A DNA stretch of 64,000 bases from a virus. Taxonomy: Duplodnaviria; Heunggongvirae; Uroviricota; Caudoviricetes. The notes beneath the pieces were generated by a model. It saw only the letters and a list, made by a program, of their open reading frames with translations, made no database searches and was not told where the DNA came from. The translations under genes were made by a program, and so were the position numbers. Location of the stretch: IMG/VR virus record IMGVR_UViG_3300028888_001839, positions 1 through 64,000 of that record, one strand, 5' to 3'. Position 1 is the stretch's first letter; each line of letters opens with the position of its first letter. Below are positions 17,103 through 26,093 of this stretch, piece after piece.

Positions 17103-17534
17103 ATGGCTAAGAACTACATTCATTCCACGGCATCTGCCGACATGACCTATCCGATTTATGCGGGAGGTACGGGCACGCCGAGGAAACTCAAGGAAATCGT
17201 AATCAAGGGAAGGGCGAACGTAGTCAATCCCGCGACGCTCATCACCCCGACAGGGGCGGTGACGGAGGTTTCCGATGCAGACTTGGAACTTCTCAAGAAG
17301 AGCGCTGCTTTCCAGCGGCATGTTGCGAGAGGGTTCATGAGGGTCATGCAGGAGAGCGAACTCAACACCAAGGACATGGCGAAGGGAGACAACTCCCGCC
17401 AGTTGAACGACTACGAGTATTCGCAGGGAACAGACCCTCGCGTTCCGGGGTCGGGATCGTGCCAGGCCACATGCGGAGAGGGAGACCGTATCCGTGGGCA
17501 TCGCGGCGTAGGGTTCGTGTCGGATTCGTACTAA
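17103..17534 (+). CDS. virion-module protein that normally follows the MCP
   Basis: AAGGAG ribosome site; YIHSTAS, IKGRANV, TPTGAVTEVSD motifs; gene order. Confidence 0.7.
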   Translation: MAKNYIHSTASADMTYPIYAGGTGTPRKLKEIVIKGRANVVNPATLITPTGAVTEVSDADLELLKKSAAFQRHVARGFMRVMQESELNTKDMAKGDNSRQLNDYEYSQGTDPRVPGSGSCQATCGEGDRIRGHRGVGFVSDSY

Positions 17535-17584
17535 CCGCATCGAAGCACAAGAAGCGGTTGTACGGATTTCGAGTCTGTTGGAAT

Positions 17585-17620
17585 GGGGTTTCCCGATGAG
17601 GGAAGCCCCTTCCGTTTGTT
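17585..17620 (+). terminator. GC hairpin, possible terminator
   Basis: GGGGTTTCCC-gatga-GGGAAGCCCC followed by T-rich sequence. Confidence 0.45.
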
Positions 17621-17676
17621 TGTTGCTTGGGCATTTTGGGAAGAGAAGGACGAACAACCAGCAGGCGAGATTAACC

Positions 17677-18297
17677 ATGGAATCAGACTATCCATTTCCA
17701 GACGAGGCGGGGCCGATTTTCGCGCCAGACCAGATGTCAAACGTGTATTTCGACCAGTCATTCTGGGGGCCGCCTTGGAGACAGTTCGAGACTAGACCTC
17801 CTAGGAAGGTGTCGAGGTACAGGGACGATCCGGTAGACGTGGAGAAGTTCAAAGCATGGTTCTCGGAGTTTGCGGACGATACGAAATGGCCAAGGGCATT
17901 GGTGGAGGCGAGCGCGAAGAGGGCTAGGTTCTACATACCGATATGGACGCAGTGCGACTATCTGGACGGGGAGGATAGAGAGTATGCGAGAGGGCTGCTT
18001 ACGGCGCACATAATGATAACGGCTAAGCAGAACCAGGCGGCGATGGATCAGCCGGCCTTGGCAGCGGGCGGAGCGGCGGGAGGTATGATGACAACCCTTC
18101 CGGGGACGGGCATAGTGACGAGCGCAAGCATAGGTTCGGTGTCGTATTCTAAGACGTTGCCGCAGAGCAAGGATGCCTATGAGTTCTGGCTCAACCAGAC
18201 TCCGTATGGGATAGAGTTGCAGGCATTCCTCGCCAACCACATAGCGGTAGGGGTGATGGCGCAGGGAGACGACATAAGGGAGTGTTTCAGGGACTAA
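17677..18297 (+). CDS. head-tail adaptor (DUF4054-like)
   Basis: FKAWFSEFAD, LLTAHI, GIVTSASIGSVSYS, FWLNQTPYG. Confidence 0.85.
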   Translation: MESDYPFPDEAGPIFAPDQMSNVYFDQSFWGPPWRQFETRPPRKVSRYRDDPVDVEKFKAWFSEFADDTKWPRALVEASAKRARFYIPIWTQCDYLDGEDREYARGLLTAHIMITAKQNQAAMDQPALAAGGAAGGMMTTLPGTGIVTSASIGSVSYSKTLPQSKDAYEFWLNQTPYGIELQAFLANHIAVGVMAQGDDIRECFRD

Positions 18298-21246
18298 ATG
18301 GCTATGCTTGACATAGGAGATATCGTAACCCCCACGAAAGAAGGGGTCAAGTATAGTCTGGAGATAGTGAGGATACGAGCCGATTCCCCTGGCGTCACAC
18401 GGTATTATGGGAAACTGCTGGGAGTAATGGCAACGGAAGAGTGGGGCGACAACGTATCACTTGTTCTTCCAGAGTCTTTCGAGAAATCTGAGTTTGTCAT
18501 TGGCGACATAGAAGTTCCTACGGCACAGGCATATCTTTATATCGAAGAAATCGGGGAATTTGCATTTGATAGAGGCGTCCCCATCGTTGGACTTACGGTT
18601 TGTAGTTATTGCCAGACGATTCATGACAAAGCATTCTATTACAATCAGACGATAAAGAACCTTGTCCTAAAATCAGGATTACAGTCAATAGGGACATATG
18701 CCTTCGCGGGCAACAATCCATTGGAAACAATCACATACAACGGCACCACGGGGCAGTTCCGGTCAGTGAATGGGCTGCTCTATGACAATACCGAAACCAA
18801 GGTGATTCTAGGGGCGAATGGCACAAGCGGGAGTATTGTATTTGGATCCAAAACAAAAGAGATAGGCGATGGGGCATTCTCATATTGTAAGCAATTGAAG
18901 TCTATCGAGCTACCTTCCACTGTGCTGGATCTGGAAATAGGCAAGTTCGCTTTCTCAGATTGCCACAAACTGACAACAATCACCATTCCGGGAAACTTGA
19001 AGAAAGTATCGTATGGAGCATTCTTCGGATGCTACAACGTGACGTTGGTAGATATTTCTCATGGAGTGGAAAGGCTCGAAGGGCTATGCTTCGGCGGATT
19101 GCCGAAACTAAGGGGAGTGGATTTTCCCAATACCGTAGACTTCCTAGAGACAAAGATAGGTGAAGAGCCGTTCTGCGGAAGCGACAGACGAATAGTGTTC
19201 ACTCTGACGGATGAAGAGGGCAGTTACGACGAAGACATAAAAAGACAGTTGCCTGGGGACTATAGCGGCAAGCCAGTAGTAGTGACTACCGAAGTAGGTG
19301 CTATATATTCGAAAGGCTGGACTGTCAAGTTCGGCGCTCCTTATAGGGAAGTGCTGCAGGCGGCAACCGCAGCCATAGACAGTCAATATGGAGCGGGGAA
19401 GATTCTCGGCTGGTACTACGACTATGCTTTGACCAGACCGATAGGAGAAGAAGACATAGTAGAGGCAGTAGGCGGGCATATCAACGTGTATGCCAAGACA
19501 CAGACGTGCAACATAACTCTAGACCTGTGTTATGACGGAGACAAGGATTATGTCCTGCAGGCACCGTTCGGATATGAGATAGTCGTGGAAGACTACTACA
19601 CCCCGGAGAGGAAGTTCTACAACTTTGGAGGATGGTATGCCGATTATGCAGATGGCGAATACTCCAATCCGAAGACAGTAGACGGCATCACTAGGATAAC
19701 CGTCATGGGGGATGCTACGCTCTATGCGAAGTGGGTGACGTCCAGTGGAGTATACACCTATGAGGTGACGGACAAGAATGAGGTAAGACTGCTAAAGGTT
19801 GTCGATTGGGATGCCGTATATTCGCCTGGCGGCATCGTGAAGATTCCGGCATACGTGGAAATGGCAGAGTATGAACTTGATTCCGAGGGCAATCCCAAAC
19901 TGGATTCTTCGGGGAATCCAATACCCGTCAGGCTGCCGGTAGTTGCCGTAGGAAGCAAGCTCTTCGAGGGAGTAGAGGGTGTAAAGGGGATTGTGTTGCC
20001 TAATAGCTTGCGCTCCATAGGTGGGCGGGCTTTCTCAAACTGCATAAATCTGGCATCGCTAGACTTTGAGGAGGAAGATGGGAAAGTTCCTTCTCTCGCG
20101 ACGATAGGAGCAAGGGCTTTCGAGGGAGCGGCGATAACGACATTGGACCTGCCAGATTCCGTCTCTTCAATCAGGCAGGGAGCATTCCTAAACTGCCAGA
20201 ATCTGGAATCCGTGAAATTCGGCAAGAAACTATCGGACATCGGGACAGACGAAGGGGCGAACAGGGGTGCTTTCGAGGATTGCGAGAAACTGGAAGAGGT
20301 TAGAATAGACACGCTCGCGCATTGGAATTCGGTGGATTTCGGGTTCTCGTCGTGCAATCCTTTGTCCAATGGCGCAAGCCTATATGTTGGCGATAGTGCT
20401 AACCCGATAACCGCCTTGAACAGTTCTAATCTGAAGACAAGGGTCTCGCACGAAACTACTGTCATAGAAAATGGCAAGGAAAAGAAGGAGACCACTTATG
20501 AGGAAGTTGCTGCGACTGAGGTTAAGCCTTTTGCATATGTCGGATGCTCGAGTTTGACAACTATAGACCTAAGCGGAACAGTGATAACGAAGATAGGAGA
20601 GGAATCATTTTCAGCCTGCGGGGCTTTGGCTGATGTCGGGATTTCGGGTGGTACTTTAGCCGAGATAGGAAGGGCTTCATTCTCGAACCTTCCGTCGATG
20701 AAGTCATTGACAGTGCCAAAACTGACAACTATAGGAGACTATGCATTTAACGGATGCACAGGATTGGGCGGCAACTTGGGTGGAGAGAATGAAGGGACAT
20801 TAGGGACTCTCACTTTGAATAATGAATTGCCATACATATCAAAGTCGATGTTCTCCAACTGCACGGCGCTCACAACCGTGACGATACCTGCATCTGTAGG
20901 AGAGATTCGTGCTTCTGCATTCTCTGGATGCACGGCATTGACTTCGGTGAGGTTTGCTAACCCAAGCGAGAATCAATGCATATCCATAGGAGACTATACT
21001 TTCTATGCTTGCGGATTGGTGACGATAGGAGGAACTGGAAGCGATGCAATGCCATTATGGATGGAGACGATTGGGAACAGAGCATTTGCCAAGAATATCA
21101 ACTTGCAATCGGCCATATTACCAGACGGACTTCTTGCACTAAAGGCTAATGTGTTCGAAGATTGTCCAAGCCTGCATGCAGAGGTTGGATATGGAGGGTA
21201 TGGGTATCTTGGTAACTGGATAGTGACAGACAAGGCGAGTGCCTAG
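18298..21246 (+). CDS. BspA-type LRR protein with InlB B-repeat-like domains
   Basis: Repeated IGxxAFxxCxxL; PERKFYNFGGWY...ATLYAKW. Confidence 0.88.
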   Translation: MAMLDIGDIVTPTKEGVKYSLEIVRIRADSPGVTRYYGKLLGVMATEEWGDNVSLVLPESFEKSEFVIGDIEVPTAQAYLYIEEIGEFAFDRGVPIVGLTVCSYCQTIHDKAFYYNQTIKNLVLKSGLQSIGTYAFAGNNPLETITYNGTTGQFRSVNGLLYDNTETKVILGANGTSGSIVFGSKTKEIGDGAFSYCKQLKSIELPSTVLDLEIGKFAFSDCHKLTTITIPGNLKKVSYGAFFGCYNVTLVDISHGVERLEGLCFGGLPKLRGVDFPNTVDFLETKIGEEPFCGSDRRIVFTLTDEEGSYDEDIKRQLPGDYSGKPVVVTTEVGAIYSKGWTVKFGAPYREVLQAATAAIDSQYGAGKILGWYYDYALTRPIGEEDIVEAVGGHINVYAKTQTCNITLDLCYDGDKDYVLQAPFGYEIVVEDYYTPERKFYNFGGWYADYADGEYSNPKTVDGITRITVMGDATLYAKWVTSSGVYTYEVTDKNEVRLLKVVDWDAVYSPGGIVKIPAYVEMAEYELDSEGNPKLDSSGNPIPVRLPVVAVGSKLFEGVEGVKGIVLPNSLRSIGGRAFSNCINLASLDFEEEDGKVPSLATIGARAFEGAAITTLDLPDSVSSIRQGAFLNCQNLESVKFGKKLSDIGTDEGANRGAFEDCEKLEEVRIDTLAHWNSVDFGFSSCNPLSNGASLYVGDSANPITALNSSNLKTRVSHETTVIENGKEKKETTYEEVAATEVKPFAYVGCSSLTTIDLSGTVITKIGEESFSACGALADVGISGGTLAEIGRASFSNLPSMKSLTVPKLTTIGDYAFNGCTGLGGNLGGENEGTLGTLTLNNELPYISKSMFSNCTALTTVTIPASVGEIRASAFSGCTALTSVRFANPSENQCISIGDYTFYACGLVTIGGTGSDAMPLWMETIGNRAFAKNINLQSAILPDGLLALKANVFEDCPSLHAEVGYGGYGYLGNWIVTDKASA

Positions 21247-21270
21247 GCTGCAAGTGCAAGGAGACTTTCA

Positions 21271-22203
21271 ATGGCACAAGAAGAAACATACGATGTCACA
21301 GTTGCTGGAGCAATGGAGGGGATAGATGTTGTGTTTGACAACAATGACATTACCTCTATTGCGGTTGGACGGAATATTTTAGGGCAGAAAGCAAACACAT
21401 TATCGCCTGGCCTGTTGTTTACATTCCCAAACTCCTATGATAAAATCACAAAACTTAGGGTCTTAGGGGCTTGTCCGACGTTCAAGGAAAGTTTTTTGTA
21501 TGCATATATAGGGAGTGAAAATGTACTTTTTTTACCCAACTTACAGTCGGTCTTTCTGGAGAGGGTGAACAGAATAGAAAGATTTGCCTTTCGAGACTTT
21601 GTGAATCTTACACAAATAAGACTTCCCAAAACGGTTACTACCATTGAAGATGATGCATTCGTAGAGGTAGTTGAAGAAAATGGTACAGAAACACAAAAAC
21701 CTTTGCCGAACTTGCAAACCTTTATTGTAGAAGATTTAAAAGCATGGTGTACAGTTGAACTTTGGTCTCTGTATTCGAATCCTTGCTATTCGTCAGGTTC
21801 AATCTATGAAGAGGGAGAATCCAATCCGGTTTCCTCACTCGATTCAAGCAACATATCCGAGGTTCCAGCCATAAAGGACGGGGTGTTCGCAAATTGCAAA
21901 TCGCTTATATCAATAGACCTCCCGGAATCAGTAGATTATATAGGTGCTTATTCTTTCGCAGACTGTACTAATCTGGAATCTGCATCATTCCCTGTGAGTT
22001 TGAGCCTTATTGCAGATTTCGCTTTAGCAGATTGCAGCAAACTAAACACAATGATATTTAATGGGAATGCACCTGAGTTGTGGGATAATCCATTTCTGGG
22101 CATTCCGTCTACCTGTAAAGTTTATGTAAAAGAAGGAACTACGGGTTGGGGCACTGTTCCAGGCACATGGAACGGGTTCGATATTGATTACCTTACCGAA
22201 TAG
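21271..22203 (+). CDS. BspA-type LRR protein
   Basis: LPESVDYIGAYSFADCTNL repeats; C-terminal cap VYVKEGTTGWG; own AGGAGA ribosome site. Confidence 0.85.
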   Translation: MAQEETYDVTVAGAMEGIDVVFDNNDITSIAVGRNILGQKANTLSPGLLFTFPNSYDKITKLRVLGACPTFKESFLYAYIGSENVLFLPNLQSVFLERVNRIERFAFRDFVNLTQIRLPKTVTTIEDDAFVEVVEENGTETQKPLPNLQTFIVEDLKAWCTVELWSLYSNPCYSSGSIYEEGESNPVSSLDSSNISEVPAIKDGVFANCKSLISIDLPESVDYIGAYSFADCTNLESASFPVSLSLIADFALADCSKLNTMIFNGNAPELWDNPFLGIPSTCKVYVKEGTTGWGTVPGTWNGFDIDYLTE

Positions 22204-22216
22204 GCAATTTTCACCG

Positions 22217-23011
22217 ATGAGCGAGAAGTTCAAGTTACGATACGAAGTAGTCGCTATCCTCAAGGCGAACATCATAAAGGGGATGGAAGCGTTCGGTCTG
22301 CCCGTGACGGACAATCCGAAGGGTGCCGGATGGATTGTGATGGAATCAGACCAGCCATCTCTTAGGAACGTGGACAATGCCGTGCTTTTCTTCTTGGAGC
22401 ATGTAGACAGGATAGGATGGCAGGGCGACCATAGGCTCTACAACAAGGAGACGGGCAAGTACGACGTTATCGACTGCTTCATAGAGCAGCAGACATGGAA
22501 GATTAGGGTACTGTGCAAGAGGACAACCAAGCCGATTACGGACGACGACATACCGGTGGTGGCTTCCGACGTTACGGAGATGCTTGTGGCATGGTTCAAT
22601 CGTCTGGGGTGCATCGAGTTCCGAAAGCACAACATGGCTAACCTTTTCGTGCAGATGAAGGATGTTCGGACATACAAGGACACGTCCGACGTCAACCAGT
22701 GGACTACGGAGTTCCCGCTGAAACTTCAAGTCGTGAAGCAGTTCGAGACGGAGATAGACACGGCTGAACCCGTATACGGAGGGGGCATTCCGATGGAGGG
22801 GGAGGCGGAGAAAATGGTGGTTGTCGGTACGGAAGAGGGATTCAAGGCGGTAGAAAAACGGAGCGAAAGCCGTCCAGAGGGGTTCTTCAAGAGAATTTTC
22901 CGCCGCTTGGGGTTTTTACCAAAGGGCAATTTACAGGAAAACCCTACTAGGGCTAGTGCGCCTCAAGAGGGAATGAAAACAACGACAGGAGAACAAAATG
23001 GCAATCAATAG
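22217..23011 (+). CDS. putative neck/tail terminator protein
   Basis: Immediately upstream of the sheath; RIGWQGD motif. ATG 22217 follows a GGCAAT motif. Confidence 0.6.
   Translation: MSEKFKLRYEVVAILKANIIKGMEAFGLPVTDNPKGAGWIVMESDQPSLRNVDNAVLFFLEHVDRIGWQGDHRLYNKETGKYDVIDCFIEQQTWKIRVLCKRTTKPITDDDIPVVASDVTEMLVAWFNRLGCIEFRKHNMANLFVQMKDVRTYKDTSDVNQWTTEFPLKLQVVKQFETEIDTAEPVYGGGIPMEGEAEKMVVVGTEEGFKAVEKRSESRPEGFFKRIFRRLGFLPKGNLQENPTRASAPQEGMKTTTGEQNGNQ
22915..22930 (+). promoter_or_regulatory. candidate late promoter TTT-N7-GGCAWT
   Basis: TTT accaaag GGCAAT upstream of the sheath gene. Confidence 0.45.
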
Positions 23012-24404
23012 CAAGAACTTTGTGGACATCTCCACCACATTCCCTAAAGCGGGCGCGACGAATAGGGCATTTGGCGGGATGGTGTTCACTCCTAATGGGT
23101 TGTCCGGCATCTCAGTAGATGCCAATGGGCTTCCAACTCCCAAGGACGAAAATGGCGAACCTTACCCAAAAGAAGCGGAGACATATGTAATTAAGGTTGG
23201 CAATGAATCTTACCCATTTGTTTGGGACGAAGAGAAGGGCTATGTAGCCACAGATGGAGATTCAAACTATTATCCAGCCAATGCGTTTGAAATCTCCATA
23301 TGGATTGCCTATGAGAAGGGTAATCCGATAGGGCTGTCGCTAGATGATGCTCTCACATACTTCGGCATGAACTCTAAGGAATACGAGTTCGCGGCGGGCT
23401 ACTATTCCTTTACAAGTCCAACCGGACGGTTCCCTAGCAAACTGAAGTTCAAGAAGCAGGATGCCAACAAGACACTCTTGGAAAACTTCACGGACCTTGA
23501 TAAGGCTACTAATCAGTTTGGGGCGTTTACGTTCCTTGCTCCCGATGATAGTTCTAGTTCCACGGCTAATGTTGACGACGACTACCTCGCGCAGTTGCTG
23601 AAGGTTGCGGTGTACAACCATTCGCTCGACACCAAGTATCTCTTTGTCGTGAACCAGAAGGCGCAGAGCGGCGCTACCGACTATCTGTCGGCAATCACGA
23701 ACTGCGGCAAGTTCAGCAAGGTGTCGGGTACGTGTTTCGTGTACGGCGCGACGGATGTTTCCGCGTACATGCCTATGGCTATCCTCGCCAGCACGGACTA
23801 TGCAAACGGGCAGGTCGTGAACTTCATGTTCAAGCAGTTCGCGAACGAAGAGCCGACCGTGCAAGACCAGAACGTGTACTCCGCCTTCAATCAGGGACTC
23901 GTCAACTTCTACGGGCAGACCCAAACGAACGGCCAGACGCTGGACTTCTTCCAGAGGGGCTTCAACACGAACGGCACGGACACGGCTTCCTACTGCAACG
24001 AAATGTGGTTCAAGGCGGAGTGCGAGACGGCGCTCCTCAACCTGCTCATTTCGAACGAGAGGATTCCCGCAGACCAGAACGGCGTCGCTTCTGTCAAGAT
24101 TGCGGTTGCGGACGTGTGCTCCGTGGCTTCCCGCAATGGAAGTTTCATGCAGAAGGAGGCATCGCAGGCAGACCGCAAGACTGTCCGCGAAATCGTGAAC
24201 CTCTCCGGCGGCGAAGAGCTGGAGGTGGACGGGATCATCGTGGACGTTGGCACGAAGGGCTACTCCATCTATGCCTACCTCTCGGAGATGGCGGATGCGG
24301 ACAAGCTCGGGAAGACCTCGGAGAAGATTATCGTCTACTACGTGTTCTACGGAACGGCGGACAGCATTCGCTTCATCAAGGGCAACGATATCCTTCTCAA
24401 GTAA
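22998..24404 (+). CDS. contractile tail sheath (DUF3383-like)
   Basis: MAINSKNFVDIS, YFGMNSKEY, PMAILASTDY, VNFYGQTQ, FFQRG, YCNEMWFK, DSIRFIKG. Confidence 0.88.
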   Translation: MAINSKNFVDISTTFPKAGATNRAFGGMVFTPNGLSGISVDANGLPTPKDENGEPYPKEAETYVIKVGNESYPFVWDEEKGYVATDGDSNYYPANAFEISIWIAYEKGNPIGLSLDDALTYFGMNSKEYEFAAGYYSFTSPTGRFPSKLKFKKQDANKTLLENFTDLDKATNQFGAFTFLAPDDSSSSTANVDDDYLAQLLKVAVYNHSLDTKYLFVVNQKAQSGATDYLSAITNCGKFSKVSGTCFVYGATDVSAYMPMAILASTDYANGQVVNFMFKQFANEEPTVQDQNVYSAFNQGLVNFYGQTQTNGQTLDFFQRGFNTNGTDTASYCNEMWFKAECETALLNLLISNERIPADQNGVASVKIAVADVCSVASRNGSFMQKEASQADRKTVREIVNLSGGEELEVDGIIVDVGTKGYSIYAYLSEMADADKLGKTSEKIIVYYVFYGTADSIRFIKGNDILLK

Positions 24405-24427
24405 CAACAAGAACAGGAGTGTGAAAT

Positions 24428-24868
24428 ATGGCTTGGGGTTTCAGAATCAAAGACGTATCCTTCGCGGGCTCTTCCGTCACGGTCGGCGGCGTAACCGTCA
24501 CCGACTTCATGGACGATGCTAACCCCGTGGAGTTCCAGGACGTTGAAGTTTCGTCTGTCGGCGTGAACTGCAACGGCTCGATGATCCGCAATGCGAAGCC
24601 GAACGTCATCATGATGTCCGTGACAGTGATTCCGGGCAGCCCGTCCGACACGGGGCTTTACAACCTCTGGAAGAGGTATCGCGTGCAGGGCACCTGGAAT
24701 GCGCAATGGGAGCAGAGCCTGTCGGCTTCCGTGACTATCGGGTCTGAACGCGGCTCCCGCACGTACACGGACGGAACGATGGTGTCCGGTCCCGGCGGCC
24801 CTTCTTCGAACGGAGAGGGCAAGATGTCGGGACGTACCTACACGTTCGCATTCGTGACGGCGCTCTAA
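24428..24868 (+). CDS. tail tube protein 1 (DUF3277-like)
   Basis: DVSFAGS, VTDFMDDANP, VTVIPGSPSD, TYTFAF; follows the sheath. Confidence 0.82.
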   Translation: MAWGFRIKDVSFAGSSVTVGGVTVTDFMDDANPVEFQDVEVSSVGVNCNGSMIRNAKPNVIMMSVTVIPGSPSDTGLYNLWKRYRVQGTWNAQWEQSLSASVTIGSERGSRTYTDGTMVSGPGGPSSNGEGKMSGRTYTFAFVTAL

Positions 24869-24913
24869 CCGAAGAGCGACATACGGCGGTGGTGCTTGCC
24901 GCTGCCGAACGGC

Positions 24914-24947
24914 AAGTTCCACTCCCTCGAATAGGGGGGTGGAACTT
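24914..24947 (+). other. intergenic hairpin between the tube paralogues
   Basis: AAGTTCCACTCC...GGGGTGGAACTT, directly followed by GGCATT. Confidence 0.5.
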
Positions 24948-24969
24948 GGCATTAAGAGGAGGCTATATT

Positions 24970-25413
24970 ATGAATAGCAAAATTTATGATGTGTCATTTG
25001 CGGGGTCTACAATAGTGATAGATGGAGTTACCATCAAAGACTTTATAGATGATGCCAATCCCATCGACCTTCAAGATACGGAAGTTGCCAATATAGAATG
25101 GTCGTGCAATGGCAGGATGATTCGTACTATAAAACCGTCAGCCGTGATTATGTCTGTGACAGTGATTCCAAACTCTCCTTCTGATAAAGAATTGAGAACG
25201 ATATGGAAGCGGGTTTTTGCAAACGGAGGTTTTGTAAGCATAGCAGATGCGAACAAAAGCCTGTCTGCGAGCATAGTTGTTGATAATCCTATAGGTGGGA
25301 CATTTCAGTTTTCTGGGGGAACTTGTCTTTCCGGAGCGGCGGCGGTGACGGCGAACGGGCAGGGCAAGATGGGCGGAAACACCTATACTTTCGCTTTCGA
25401 GAACGTTGTCTAG
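24970..25413 (+). CDS. tail tube protein 2 (paralogue)
   Basis: DVSFAGS, IKDFIDDANP, VTVIPNSPSD, TYTFAF; GAGGAGG ribosome site before ATG 24970. Confidence 0.82.
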   Translation: MNSKIYDVSFAGSTIVIDGVTIKDFIDDANPIDLQDTEVANIEWSCNGRMIRTIKPSAVIMSVTVIPNSPSDKELRTIWKRVFANGGFVSIADANKSLSASIVVDNPIGGTFQFSGGTCLSGAAAVTANGQGKMGGNTYTFAFENVV

Positions 25414-25428
25414 CGGCGGGTCGCGCCC

Positions 25429-25444
25429 TTTCAACTTTGGCATT
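25429..25444 (+). promoter_or_regulatory. candidate late promoter TTT-N7-GGCAWT
   Basis: TTT caacttt GGCATT upstream of the chaperone gene. Confidence 0.45.
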
Positions 25445-25482
25445 ATTTGCCAGCGAACTCACACATTAGGAGAATATCGGTA

Positions 25483-25881
25483 ATGGATCCGAAGAAGTTC
25501 ATAGAACCGAAGGAAATAGAGATTGACGGAGCGAAATTCGTCATATCCCGCATACCAGCAGTGCAGGCGCAGCAGATATACGGGGCGATAATGAGGGAGA
25601 GCAAGGAAGACGGAGACGTGGCGATGACCTATCTCTCTGAGGAGACTTCGCTAGGTCTTCTTTCCTATGCCGCATACGTTACCGGAGGCGAGGGAGACAA
25701 TGCATGGACTCCGCTGGAAGATCCTAACCAGATAAACTTCGCATGTCCCAAGATTGAGATGCTAATAAAATTGGAGGCGGCAATGATTCGTTACAACTTC
25801 GGTTTTTTATTCGATGGAACCCTCCGAGAAGTATTGGGGGTTCTAAGGGACATGAATCAGGACACATCAGAACAACCCTGA
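25483..25881 (+). CDS. tail assembly chaperone (G)
   Basis: FIEPKEIEI...FVISRIPA...LEAAMIRYNFGFL; lies between tube and tape measure genes. Confidence 0.8.
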   Translation: MDPKKFIEPKEIEIDGAKFVISRIPAVQAQQIYGAIMRESKEDGDVAMTYLSEETSLGLLSYAAYVTGGEGDNAWTPLEDPNQINFACPKIEMLIKLEAAMIRYNFGFLFDGTLREVLGVLRDMNQDTSEQP

Positions 25882-26075
25882 CTTCGGAGATGGTAGCGAG
25901 CGTAGTCCATAGCGGAAGGGCGACGTTGAACGAACTTAGGACGATATACCATCTGCAGGACTTGTACAGGCTTTGGGAGATAGACTATGTTCCGCTCTAC
26001 AACCAATGGTACGACAATGAGAGGCGGAAGGAGAAGGAGCGGCTTAACCAGTTGGCGAAGAACCTACGGCTATAA
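25803..26075 (+). CDS. tail assembly chaperone -1 frameshift extension (GT)
   Basis: Slippery T TTT TTA at 25803-25809; the -1 frame is open into ORF 25890-26075 (ATLNELRTIYHLQDLY). Confidence 0.72.
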   Translation, partial: FFIRWNPPRSIGGSKGHESGHIRTTLTSEMVASVVHSGRATLNELRTIYHLQDLYRLWEIDYVPLYNQWYDNERRKEKERLNQLAKNLRL

Positions 26076-26093
26076 GGCCGCGAACAAGGATGG

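Noticed and set aside
21244-21273. TAG read-through or stop-codon recoding joining the two in-frame LRR genes
   Set aside because: The second gene has its own AGGAGA site, many genes end in TAG, and ORFs over 10 kb contain no in-frame TAG.
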